NCBI GenBank assembly: GCA_965237955.1
Contig: OZ250169.1
Span: 6,912,001-6,976,000 of the forward strand
DNA: 64,000 nt
From: Candidatus Marinacidobacterales bacterium
Lineage (GTDB): Bacteria; Acidobacteriota; Vicinamibacteria; Marinacidobacterales; SMYC01
Direction: 5' to 3'
Shown: in pieces, positions 51,220-63,000 of the stretch
Layout: every line of letters starts with the position of its first letter
How positions within the stretch are numbered: the first letter of the stretch is position 1
Program-made: the position numbers and the translations under genes
The notes under the pieces: generated by a model
What the model was told of the DNA's origin: nothing
The model's database searches: none
Seen by the model: only the letters and a program-made list of their open reading frames with translations

Positions 51220-54200
51220 TAGATCTTCTCCATGTTCACCAGGAAACCCTTGTACTCCGGTGTTCCCGAGTTCGGGTCCAACACCGACGGCGTCAGGTTG
51301 TTGACCAGCGGCCCCTTGGTGCGGCCGAGAAAACCCCAGTGGATCGGAAGCCCGACCTGATAGATCGTGGCTCCGGCGACCTGAAGCGGACGGATGCGCT
51401 TGGTGACCATCGCCGGGCCTTCCGCCATGCCTCGCGCCGAGCTCACCCGCACCAGGTCACCGTTTTTGATCCCTTTCTCGGCAGCGAGAGCCTCCGGCAG
51501 TTCGACGAAAAAACTCGACTGCAACATCGAATTGGTCTTGATGTGTTTGGTCCAGAAGTGGAAGTGCTCGGTCAGACGGTAGGTGAGCGCGACGTAGGGA
51601 TAATCTTCGGAGCTTCCGAGCGCATCGTGCTCACCGGTGAAGATCGTCGCCATGGGGTTTGTACCGACCGTAGGGTGCATCGCGTTTCTGACCGGCGACT
51701 CCGCAGGCTCGTAGTGCTCGGGGAACGGTCCTTCGACGAAATCGAGCGCGAACAGCTTGGCGACGCCTTCGGGCAGCATGATGAACGAGCCGAGTTCATC
51801 GGGTGCGGCGTCGGCTTTGTAGTCGGCAACGTCACCGGTGTAGCGGCCACCCCGCCACCGAATGGGAGCGCGGGTTTCATCCCAAGGCTTTCCGTTCGCA
51901 TCGGCGGAGGCACGGTTGTAGAGAACTCGCCGATTCGCGGGCCAACTCCAGCTCCAGTTCGCGTAGAGGCCGAGGCCGGTCGGATCTTCTTGGCCCCGCC
52001 GCGCCATTTGGTTCCCCGCTTCCGTATACGAGCCCGCGTACAACCAGTTGCCGCACCGCGTCGACCCATCGTCTTTCAAAGCCCCGAAGCCCGGCAGCTG
52101 ACGGCCGCTTTTCACCTCTTGCCCGTTGACCTCGCGCGCGACTTCGGTGAGATCAGGTGCGACCGCGTTTCCGTAGTCCCAGGCGATGTTCATGAGGGGC
52201 TCCGGTGACGTCCCCCCCTCGTCCTGGTAGAGCTCTCTGAGCTTCAAGAACAGCCGGGCAATGATTTCTTGATCGGGCTTCGCATCGCCGGGAGGTGGAA
52301 GTGCTTTGTTTTTCCACTGCAGCCAGCGAGACGAGTTGACGAAGGTTCCGTCTTTTTCGGCGAAACATGCCGCAGGCAGCATGAAGACTTCGGTATCAAC
52401 GGCGGCGGCGGAAGGCGAGTCGGGGTAGTACTCGCCCGCGAGCTCGTTCGCTTTCCAAAACGCAGCGGTCTCGGTCTCGAAGTTCTCGACGACGATCATC
52501 CACTTCAACTTCCCCAGCGCCGAGAGCATTTTTTTCGTGTTGGGACCGTTCGCCACCGGGTTCATCCCGAACGTGATCAGACCTTCGAGCTCACCTTTAT
52601 CCATGCGGTCGAAGAAAAATCCCCACCCGTAATTATCGTTTTCGCCGATCTTCGGAAGAAAGTCGTAGCCGTAATCGTTCTCGCGGGTGGCGTTTTCACC
52701 GTAGTACGCTTTCAACAGGCTCACCAGAAACTTCGAGGTGTTGGCCCAGTAGTTCATCGAGTTGGGTCTGAGCGGCGCGGGTGAGTTCGCGCCCACGTAC
52801 TCTGCGAGAGTGCGCCAGTTCGCGCGCGGCACTTTCAGGTAGCCCGGGAGCATGTTCCAAGCGCCCATGTCGGTCGCGCCCTGGATGTTCGAGTGGCCGC
52901 GCTGGGCGTTGACGCCCCCGCCCGGCATACCGATGTTGCCGAGCAGAAGTTGAAGCATGGCCGCGGCATGGATGAGCTGCACCGAGTGGCTGTGCTGGGT
53001 CCAACCGAGCGCGTAGAGAATCGTTCCCGCACGACCCGCGCGACCCGTCGAGCAAATGACTTCGGCCGAACTTTCGAACTCCTCCACGGAACAGCCACAG
53101 ATCTCCGCCACTTTCGCCGCGGTGTAGCGCGCGTAATGCCTTTTCAGAAGTTGGAACACGCTGCGCGGGTGCTCGAGGGTCTCGTCGACACGGGCGAAGC
53201 CGCGCCCATCGCCTTCGAGCTCGTACTGCCAGCTCGCTTTGTCGTAGGACTTCGATTCAGGATCCCACCCGGTGAAGTACCCCTCCTCGAAACCGAACCC
53301 ATCCTTGATGATGAACGATGCGTTCGTGTGTTGCTTGACGTAGTCGGCGTGGTGAAGCCCGTTCTCCAGCGCGTAGTGGATCAGCCCACCGAGAAAAGCG
53401 ATGTCGGTTCCGGAACGGATGGGCACATACGCGTCCGCGACCGCCGCCGTCCGGTTGAAACGAGGGTCGATACAAACGATCTTGGCCTTACGGTTTCGTT
53501 TCGCTTCCATCGCGAAACGAAACCCGACCGGATGGTTCTCCGCCGGGTTTCCCCCCATGACCAGGATGACGTCCGCGTTGGCGACGTCGGTCCAACCGTT
53601 GGTCATCGCCCCCCGCCCGAAGGTGGCGGCCAAACTGGCCACCGTGGGGCCGTGTCAGAGCCGAGCCTGATTCTCGTAGGTGACGAGACCGAGACCGAAG
53701 CGGAACTTGCCGAGCAGATAGTTGACCTCGTTGGTGTCGGTGCAGCCGCCGATGAGAGCAACGTTGTCGAGCCGGTTGACGGTGCGCCCGTGGTCGTCTC
53801 GCTCGACGAAACCAGTGTCGCGCGAGTCTTTGATGCGACGCGCCATCCGCTCGATGGCGTCATCCCAGGAAATCGTTTCCCACTCGCTCGCACCGGGAGC
53901 GCGGTAGAGCGGTTTGGTCAGGCGCCGATCGTTGACGACGTACTGCTTGAGCGAGATGCCCTTCGAGCACAGGGTTCCCCGGTTGATCGGGCTTTCGGTA
54001 TCACCTTCTATGTGGATGACGGTCGGCTCGACGTTTTTGGCGCGATCGCCGAGCGTGTGGATCACGACGCTACAGCCCACCGCACAATACGGGCACACGC
54101 TCGTGGTCTGCGTCGTGCGGGCGATCTTGAGCTCTTTCGCGCGCGCTTGGGCACGGCTGAGATCGAAACCGAAGGCGGTGGTCGCGAGGGCGGTCGCACT

Positions 54201-54233
54201 AGCCTGAAAGAACTGTCGCCGCGAAAGATCCAC
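51219..54233 (-). CDS. fdnG: Formate dehydrogenase alpha subunit, selenocysteine at TGA 53655-53657
   Basis: Tat signal SRRQFF, CPYCAVGC, NQARL-U-HGPTVASLAATFGRGAMTN; both ORFs in frame across TGA. Confidence 0.95.
53625..53643 (-). promoter_or_regulatory. Bacterial SECIS hairpin
   Basis: GGTGGCCA-GTT-TGGCCGCC begins 11 nt after the UGA. Confidence 0.8.
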
Positions 54234-54311
54234 TACGCCCCTCCGGTATCAGACTTGGTACCACGCGTCATGGGTGGCTGTCAAAGCGGACAATCGCCTA
54301 TACTTTCGTCC

Positions 54312-55030
54312 ATGCACGCCAAACTGGCAGGGTTGGTTCTCGTCGCCGCGATCGCCGCGTGTGGTGAGCCGGAACGAGGCGTCCCCGAAGACGGCGCGTC
54401 GATCCACGTGCTGTTCGACGAGCGGCACGGTCTCGAAGGTGGCGAGCTCGTCCGCTTGCACGAGTTCGATATCGGTGTCGTGGAGGCGGTCGATCTCTCG
54501 CGCTCGCGCGTGCGCGCCACCGTGAGCCTATCGCCCGAAGCCCTGGCCAATCTGACGACCGCGACGACATTCATCGTCAAGGAGGAGGAGGACAGAGCGC
54601 GCTACCTCGAGACCTACATCCTAGACAAAGACGCCGAGACCCTCGTCGACGGGGCGAGCGTGGACGGCGCCGACGGGAGCCTCGAGCTCATGGCCATGCG
54701 CGCGAGCGCGGCGGCAGGCAATCTCGCCGACGACGCTCGATCGTCGGAGTGGTGGGGCAAGGCCTCCGAGCTCGTCGACGATATGAAACAGGAGCTCGAC
54801 GAGATCGACTGGAGCGAAGAAGAGAAGGAGCTCCGCGAGCAGTGGGAGGAGACCGTCGAGCAAATGGACGAAGCCGTCAAGGCCAAGAGGAGCTGGACGC
54901 CTTTAGGGCAAGACTTGATAAGCTCGTGAAAAAGCTCGAAGAGATGGGACGCTCCGACGAAGCCCAAAAGCTCAAGGAGCGTTTCGGAAAACTGATCTAT
55001 GAGCTTACCGAGCTTACCGAGGGATACTGA
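54312..55030 (+). CDS. MlaD/MCE-like lipoprotein with helical tail (frameshift near 54875)
   Basis: Lipobox IAAC; F....GLEGG..VRL....IGVV. Confidence 0.65.
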
Positions 55031-55177
55031 GCTCTATTTGGGTTACGATAGCCGCGGTGGAACCACTCGAGAATCCCGAAAAGCAGGCGCCCCTTGGAAA
55101 ATGGATCCCTTATCTTTGGATCCCGCCCGTCGCGTTGATCGTGATCTTGGGTCTATTCGCTTATTGCGCCCGCTGAT

Positions 55178-55831
55178 ATGACGAGCTTCGCTACCGACGT
55201 CACTGGCTGGCTGTTGATCGCCGCTGCGGCGATGCTTTGGGTCGGGTGGACGCTCTTGCCCGTCCGCATCGGAGCGTTTTTCCACTGGGACGACTTTCCC
55301 CGCGTTCGTCAGCGCTTACACCTGTGGATTTGGCTCTTTCGGATTCATCTTTTCGGACACGTCATGGCGGTGATGGGGCTGGTCGCACTTGCAACCCTGT
55401 TGTCGGAGTCACCGATGCCCATCGTGCTGTGGCCCGGCGTCGTGGTCTGTATCGGTGGCCTTTTCGTCGCGGCGCTCGGGCAAGCGTTCTACTACCACTT
55501 CGGCGCCTGGGGTGCGATCGACATGGACGGCAAAACGGAAGATGAGCGTAAGGAGTTCGTGGCCAAGCTCGCGGTCTCGACCGAGTACATCACTTGCCTC
55601 GTGCGTTTCGGCCGGGTGTTCTTCGGCCTCGGCCAGGCCGTGCTCGCCGCGGGTCTTCTCTACGGTAGCCTCTTGCCTTCGTGGCTCGGCATCACCGCCG
55701 CGATCCTGGGCGTTGCCGCGATGGCGCTGACCATGGGCCTCCCCGACAGCCTCGACCTCTACAAGATCATCTTCCACCTCAACGCGGTTTGGCTCGCGGC
55801 CGTCGGCTACACCGTGCTCGGGATCGCATGA
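55178..55831 (+). CDS. Multi-pass membrane protein, unknown function
   Basis: Five or more hydrophobic helices. Confidence 0.7.
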   Translation: MTSFATDVTGWLLIAAAAMLWVGWTLLPVRIGAFFHWDDFPRVRQRLHLWIWLFRIHLFGHVMAVMGLVALATLLSESPMPIVLWPGVVVCIGGLFVAALGQAFYYHFGAWGAIDMDGKTEDERKEFVAKLAVSTEYITCLVRFGRVFFGLGQAVLAAGLLYGSLLPSWLGITAAILGVAAMALTMGLPDSLDLYKIIFHLNAVWLAAVGYTVLGIA

Positions 55832-56185
55832 TCGCCGACCAAATCGCCGAGTTGACCCGAAGCGTCGACGCATTCGCCCGATGCGTCGCGTCGCTCGACG
55901 AAGGCGCGTTCCTGAAACCTCTTCGCCGCTGGACACCACGCGACATCGTCGCGCTGCCGTTTTACGACGTCGATCCGGGAGAAGACTTCGCACGACCTTC
56001 TCGAAGAGCTCCGCGGCTCGGAGCGGGAGCTCACCGCGTTTCTGCGCTCGGTCGACGAAAGCGCCTGGGACCGTGATTTCGGCGTGCGGAACGAAGGCGC
56101 GCCCATTCCCGTCCGCAGTACCGTCGACGACCTCATCGCCGACTACGCGCACCATCGAGAGCAGCTCGCTGCCCTCGCGCACTAG
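55828..56185 (+). pseudogene. DinB-like four-helix protein with internal deletions
   Basis: WTPRDIVA ... DYAHHREQ in shifted frames; stop TAG 56183-56185. Confidence 0.6.
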
Positions 56186-56580
56186 TCTTCAGGCGACGCC
56201 TTCCTTTCGGCTCTGCGTGCGGGCGCTATGACCTTTTCGACGGGTAGATACGGTCTGGCCATCGCCTCGTCAGGCGAACGACGGTGCTTGATGCAAAGGC
56301 TGGCGGGTGCTCTGGGCACCAGGTTCTTCCGGCAGCGCAGATGCTAACGTGGTGCGCAAGCTGCGTCCACGTCAAACGAAGACTGTGGTGGCGGCGGCGG
56401 CGTGACTCCGGACGTGAGAAAAAATCGCGTTTCCCAAGGGAGATGGGGTTGGTTGGTCCACACTTCTGTCAACTAGGGGGTCGGGTCCGCGCGGTACGGA
56501 TTCACCCGATATCGTATCGGCGTTTCGTTGGTGCGTATTGCTAGCGCTTTAACAAGTCGGGCTGCGTGTGCTCAACGCGC

Positions 56581-58147
56581 TCACGTCGGCACGAGTGTCG
56601 ATACCATCTTCGGCCTCCAGCGGAGGCGAATCCACTGCAAGATATCGTAGGTGAGGGCGACCCACAGAGATTCAGTGCGCACTTTGGCGACTCCGCGCAC
56701 GCTAAACTGCCGCAGGCCGAACTTGGTTTTGATCCAGAGATTCGGAAACTCGGCCACCTGCGAGCGTGTCTTATAGATGGCCTTGGCTTCGTCGGTCTGC
56801 ATCTTCTTCCGGAACGCGGCTATGTCGGGCAAGAGTTCGCGCCGCTCGATCGAGCGGCCGTGCTGCGTACGAGGACAACACTGCTCTTTGGCCGGACACG
56901 TCTGGCAGTCTTGCTTAGACGCCTTATATCGATAGCGCATCGTGCCATGGCTTTCCTGCTTGGCGTCGTAGCGTAAGTGCTTGCCCTGCGGGCACACATA
57001 CGTGTTGGTCTGCGTATCGAAGACAAACTTCGACGCCTCGTATTCCGCTTTCACGCCGTGGTGCTTATACGACTTGCGCCGATTGGCCTCTGCTGCCTTG
57101 TTCTCGTGGTCGGGGCCGACGAGATCGATGCCGCGCTTCGCCATCTCCGCGATGTTGTTGCTACTAATGTAGCCTCCATCTACGACCATCTGCTCGGGCC
57201 GCACGCTGCATGCTCTGCTCAATCCGTTCTATGGCCGGCGTCAGCTGCTGATAATCGCTACCGGCCTGCGTGGCATCGATGTCGACAATCAGGCCGTGTG
57301 CGGCATCCGTTGAGACTTGGACGTTGTAGTTAGGTGCGGAGCCGCCCTCGGCTTGCTTCATCACCCGCGCGTCGGGATCGGTCGTGCTCACGCGGTCTAT
57401 GCGGCTTTTCGCGGCTTTCAGCTTGTCATACTCCTTCAACGCTGATTCTAGACGATCCTGTCTCTCTCGCCTGGCGCGTTGCTGCGCTGCCTGCATCTGC
57501 CGGCTCGATTCCTCCTCCGTCTGGGCGTTGAGAGTCTCTACCGCCTCACGCGCCTGCTCCAGACACTCTTCGACCGTCGGCTTGCGGCGAAATCCACTCG
57601 ACGAAGCGTTCGCGCGCACCTTCGTCCCATCCAGCATGACTCGCTCGAGCGTGATCAATCCGTCCGAACTCAGAACTCCCAGAGCTTGCACAAACAACTC
57701 GTCCAGGATCTCCCTATGAATCATCCGAAAGTCCGACAGCGTGTGCGCACTGATGCTCTGCATTCCGCTGAGCCATTGATACGCCGGATGATGTTCGCAC
57801 AGCCGCTCAACCGCGCGGGCCGAACTCACGGCTTGGCTGTAGCTGTAGACCCACAGGCTCACCAGTAGCTGAGGATCAAACGCAGGCCGGCCTGCGCCAC
57901 CCGCGACCGAGCGGACTTGATCCGTGTACCCGCTGAGATCCAGCCGACCCACGAACTCCCAGATCGCACGCGCTGGGTGATCCTCTGGGATCAAACGCTC
58001 CACGTCGACCGTCCGCAGCAGCAGCTGCGCCCTATCGACCACCTTCAACCGAGCTTGTGTCACGCGCGCTCCCTCATCGCCGTCATCACCATCGCTGCGT
58101 TTTCGCGGACTCGGAAAGCCTGGAAGTGACGTTTGCTTATCACCCAC
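56581..58147 (-). CDS. IS1182 transposase (frameshift near 57200)
   Basis: LIPEDHPAR, GRPAFDP, LDGTKVRANAS, TDPDAR, YNVQ, DGGY, CPQG, AEFPN. Confidence 0.88.
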
Positions 58148-58343
58148 GTTTACCCCGCTTCCTCCCACGCTTTGCCTTAGGCGTCCGACGCACAATCAGT
58201 GTGTTTCGATCCTCCACCACCCACTCCAGCTCCTCGCCCGGCTCCATCTCTAGCGCCTGGGCTAAAGGTGACGGGTAAATCACATAGAACTGACGGGTGT
58301 CGTTGGCTCGCTTGATCACCTGCAGCTTTGTCACGTATCCCAT
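58140..58343 (-). CDS. Small AbrB/MazE-like DNA-binding protein inside the IS
   Basis: MGYVTKLQVI...YP..LAQALEMEPGEELEW; TTGACT-18bp-TAGAGT upstream; stop overlaps the transposase start region. Confidence 0.75.
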   Translation of the reverse strand: MGYVTKLQVIKRANDTRQFYVIYPSPLAQALEMEPGEELEWVVEDRNTLIVRRTPKAKRGRKRGKRG

Positions 58344-58405
58344 GCTGGTCACTCTATAACATAGCTGCACCGCTAGTCAAGCTTAATTTTTTCTCACGTC
58401 CTCCG

Positions 58406-59494
58406 TCTAGACGGAGTTGAAGTGTCGATTGCGGTTCACGCACGCGGTCCGCTGAGCGACGGTAGCGGTCCATCTTGTCTTTGCCGAAGTCCAGCTCAGC
58501 CATGTAACCGTTATGCGTTTTGCAAGCGAGCCGAATATTTTCAGCGCTTCGATCGCCGCCGACGCCATAGGGCTCGTCGTGGTGGAACTCCAGTCCCTCA
58601 CGCGCCGGGCAGCGCCTGCCGTCGTGGGTCTCATACGTGCATTGCCCCTTGTCGCGCTCCCATACGAAGCGCCTCACCGGGGCGGAGAGACCGCGCACAC
58701 CGGGCGACGTGTCGGCTTCTTCGAGGCTCTTTCTCGGCTTTTTCGTCTTGCCGAAGCGCTTGGCTTCGAGCCGTTCGAGTTTCTCTGTCACGGCCGCTTC
58801 CATGATCGAAGCGAGGTCTGCGCCAGGCATGAGCGCGGAGAGCCGATCGATTTTGTCACGGAACTCGGCGCTCGCCGTGAACTGGACTTTGTAACGCGCG
58901 GGGGCCAGCGGCTCGACGACCGCCGGCTTCGCAGGTACTACCGGAGCAGGAGCTGGCGGAGGGGCCTGACAATTCTGTCCGACTCGGTCTGGACCGGGCT
59001 CGTTCAGCGTTTGTGGCGCGGGCTTCACTTGCCGTGCCGGCAGCTTGCGAACCACCGACGGGACATCCGGCTTCGGCGCGATCTCGGCCACCAGTTCTTT
59101 GATCGCGTCCTTGGTCTTGTGAATGGCCCGAGTCAAAAGCTCATCGCAATTGGCATTCGTTAGATGCGGTGCCAGCACGGAGATGCCACTCAAGTGGAGA
59201 CGTCCATCCTCGAGCATCGTCAGGAGCACGGGATATTCGCGCTCCGTTCAATGCTCGTGCCGCCGCGATCCGCAGATACGCCTCTGCCTTCGACAGGTGC
59301 AACACATCGACGCAATATTGGAACATCGAAGGCGACGCTTCTCGCGCATACAGTCTGCGCGCGTCGACTTCGGCGATGTGCGCGACAAGCACGGACTCCA
59401 CGCGTCGCGACTGCGCCAACACATCCGACAGTCGACGGAGTAGCTCATCATCGGAAAAGCGCGCAAGCGATTTCAATTCTTCTTTGTTCATCAT
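58406..59494 (-). CDS. DUF222-like + HNH endonuclease; frameshift near 59250; 3' tail displaced to 56344-56405 by IS1182
   Basis: SDDELL...VAHIAEVDARRLY...SMFQYC; VWERDKGQC...RC...LEFHH.EP...GG...NIRLACKTHN. Confidence 0.85.
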
Positions 59495-59674
59495 GCGTTT
59501 CTTATAGCATGGACTTTTTCGACGCTCGGAGTTGCCGCGTGTCGGGTGTAAACACGTCGAGAGACTTTCGAAGTCATCTCGAGCAAAACGATGCGCTTGT
59601 CGCTTCTCTAGCGCGTGCACAGACGTATTACAGATCGTGTCTGCGATTCTTATCGGGTGGCTTCGAAAAAGCTG

Positions 59675-60013
59675 TCAAGCAAGTCGTGATCTTTTTTCTT
59701 TGCATCCGTCTGGACGGAGTTCAAGAAGCTTGCGCATCACCGGCGGAACATCCGGCTTCGGTGCAATCTCGGCCACCAGCTCGAGGATCTCGCGTTTGGT
59801 CTTGTGGGTCGCTCGAGCTAAGAGCTCATCACAATTCTCGTCCGTCAGATGCGGTGCCAGCTCGACGATGCCGCTCAGGTGCAGACGTCCATCCTCGAGC
59901 ATCGTTAGCAGCATCGGATGTCTCCGCGACGCACGGGCTACGCCTATCCGCAGATAGGCCTCGGCCTTCGACAAGTGCAACACATCGATGCAGGACTGAA
60001 ACATCGAAGTGGC
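59675..60013 (-). pseudogene. Second, truncated DUF222-like paralog
   Basis: SMFQSCIDVLHLSKAEAYLRI...LEDGRLHLSG...APKPDVP closely matches the downstream copy. Confidence 0.85.
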
Positions 60014-60021
60014 AGGTTTAT

Positions 60022-63000
60022 TCAGGCGACGCCTTCGCCCTCGTCATCCTCATTGGACCCATTGAAATCGCTCCGCGCGTCAGACTCCTCGATTATGTGG
60101 CTCGTGCTGGCGCGCGGACCCGCGGTCGCGATCTGGCGGATTCGAGGATCCGGATCGTCGGCCACTTTTTTGAGCACCCGCTTCGCGCGCTCGCCACCAA
60201 TCTGTGCCAGCGCAAACGCGGCGGTGGCGCGCACCTGATCATCCCAGCGTTTGCCGCCGAGGATGGGGAACTTGCGCGCGGTCAGCACCGCTTCGAGCGC
60301 AGGCACGGCCACGGGGTCGCCGAGCTGAGCGAGCGCCTGTGAGCACGCGATAGCGCGCTCGGGCTCGTCGGTTACATCGAGCGTCGAGATGAGCGCGCCG
60401 ACGGCGTGCGGCGAATGGAGGTTCGCGAGGCTCCGGATCGAGCCTTTGGCGACACCGATGTCTTCGTGCCGCGCGAAATCGACGAGGAGCTCGAGAACTT
60501 GCTTGTCGTTGAGTCGCTCGGTGAGTCGGAACGCTGCACGCCGAACTTTCGGGTTGACGTCCGACAAGCAGAACGCAAGCTCGGTCTTGAGATCGCGCGT
60601 GACCACGTCGATCACTTCGAGAATGCGAAAGCGTTGCTCAGAAGTGACCTCGAGGACCACTTCTTTCTTGAGGCGATCACAAGCTTCGGGCCCCAGCGGC
60701 GCCAAGAGGCTAGCAGCGAGCTGGCGGGTGCGGAAATCCTTCTCCTGTTTGATGACTTCGATGAGCAAGGGAATCGCAGGCTTACCCATGCTCTCAAGCA
60801 CTTGCGCGACTTTCTGCTGCCGCGCCGGTTCTTTCGACTGGAGCTCTTCCATGAGGAGCGATTGGGTCGCCGCAGCCATTTTGCGGTGCAAAACCGCGAA
60901 TCCGCGACCGGTCAACGTCGGGGCATGCAACAGCGCGCGCTGGCGATCTCGGAGCTCGGAAAAGATACGGCTCGCGAGCGTATAGTCGGCGAATTGCAAT
61001 ACGCGGTTCGACATCTGGTGCAGCAAGTTGGCGATATCGGCCAACACCTGGTCGTCGTCTTCCTCTTTCAAGGCGAGGAGCAGGAAATCGGCCGAGAGCC
61101 CGGCGAACTGATGCTGCAGCGCTTGAATGAGAGTTTCCATCAACTCGCGGCAACTGCGCACGATCTTCTCGCGCACCGGCACTTCCTGCTTAGAATAGTC
61201 ACTAAAGAGTTTTCTCAGGATTCTGCGCGCGAGGTCGAGCTGACCCTTGACGAGGAGGTCCTTGACAACCGTCGGTAGCGCGTCGATGAGGGCTTCCGTG
61301 GATTCATCCGTCAAGTCGGCGGTATCCAAGCCGACCGGCTCTTCGTCGAGCTCTGGATCCATTCGCACGGACTCGAGGACGCTACGCACCGACACCGCGT
61401 AACGGCGGTCGTTGAACGCGATGCCGTCGATCTGTTGCTCTTTGGCAAGCGTTTGCCAGAAGGCCGGCTCCAGGTCGGAGGGCAAATCTTTGAGCGCACC
61501 GATGAACGCGTCGAGATCCTCCCGCGTGACTTTTTCGAGAAACGTCAGGCTCGTCAGCTCGGACGCTGCCAGAAACGATATGAATTTTAGGCGAGGGCGT
61601 CGTAGCCCGCCGTCGTGACCCGACTCCCGTTGACGAGGAGCGCGTCACTAGCCGCCGCAAAAGTCACCGCCGGCTGGCGCGAGAGGAGATCCGCGAGCCC
61701 CTCGTGGAGCTGCTCGATCGAGCTCGACACGGGCTTGCTCCCGAGTGGATAGAGCTTGATGTTCTTTGCCGCACCCAAGAGCGCCCTGAGAAGTTTCGGT
61801 AGCTCAGCCAGGTCCTCTGCCTCGAGGTCGGTCTCGACGGGCGAGGCTGCTCTACGGGTGCTCTTCTTCTGGACCGCGGAGTAGCGCATCTGTTGGAGGC
61901 GGATGTGCTCGAGCCTCTCCTCCGCCGCGAATTGCTTCCAATAACCGCTGTCGATGACGTCGGGCTTGAGCTGTCCTAGATGCGTCAACAGCGCCTGAAG
62001 CTCCTCCGCGGTAAGACCGCGACGGAACTCGATGCCTTCGAGCTCGGTTCGATCGAGAAGCTCGAGATACGACGTCGCCAGAAGTCGGAACTCGGCACTA
62101 TCGACCTTGTGGCCGTTGGCAAGGAGAACACCTTGCGCGCGAGAGAGGTTCACGCAATCGGAAAACTCCAACACCGCTTCTACAGAGCGGAGTGAGCTCT
62201 CGTGAGCCTTGACAATCAGCTTACTCTCGGGCGGATAGAGCTGGGTGCTCCGCACCGTCGTGAGAAGCGTTCGGAAAAGGTTCGGCAAACGCTCGAGGGA
62301 TTCGGCGGGGAGTTTCTCCTGCTGCGGTCCTTCGTCGTCTTCGACGAGCGGCTCGCCGGTGTAGCTCTCGGCTTCGTCCCGACTGAACGTCTTTTGGCTG
62401 AGGTCGATGCGAATCTGATCGTAGCGTCTCGCCTTCTCCCGGTCGGCCGAAAGCTTGAAATGGTACGCGAGGATCGACGCCGACGGTCCGAGGTCGTGGT
62501 CATAGAGACCTTCTTGATAGGTTCCGACACGTTGATGAAGCTCTTGGCGACGCGTCTGGTCGATTTGGCCGTAGACGATCTCGAGAACGCGCTTCGACAA
62601 GAAGCGCATCGTCTCGTCATTAATATGGAAATCGGCGCGGAGGAGTCCCAGGTCCTCGGCGCGGTCGAGAAACTCGAGGACCTTGCTTTCAGAGATGTCG
62701 GATGCGCCCGTGACCATGCTGAGAGGCACGTCTTCTCCGAGCGTGGACACCTCTTCCAGCAAGCTCCGCCCCTGTTCGTCCAGGGCAGCGATCTTTTCGG
62801 AAACGATCTCGTCGAGCGAGCGCGGAAGGTATCCCTTTTCGGGGGGATCGATGGTCCACCGCTGACCGACGAGATGGAGCTTCTGATCGAGGACGAGCTT
62901 TCTGATGATCTCGGCAAGGAAAAGCGGGTTGCCTTGGGTGATTTCAGCGAGGTCTTTTTCGAAGCCGTCCGGCAAATCGATTCCGGGGAAAACGCCGGCA

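Larger units (their letters stand above)
56411..58400 (-). mobile_element. IS1182 family element, 15-bp IR, 5-bp TSD
   Basis: GACGTGAGAAAAAAT at both ends in inverted orientation; CTCCG at 56406-56410 and 58401-58405. Confidence 0.92.
56188..60036 (-). mobile_element. Putative DUF222/HNH insertion bounded by a 16-bp direct repeat
   Basis: TTCAGGCGACGCCTTC at 56188-56203 and 60021-60036. Confidence 0.65.

Noticed and set aside
53655-53657. Nonsense mutation splitting fdnG
   Set aside because: Position and downstream SECIS identify it as a Sec codon
52893-54311. 678-aa plus-strand ORF
   Set aside because: Mostly antisense to fdnG; only the part from ATG 54312 (lipoprotein) is credible
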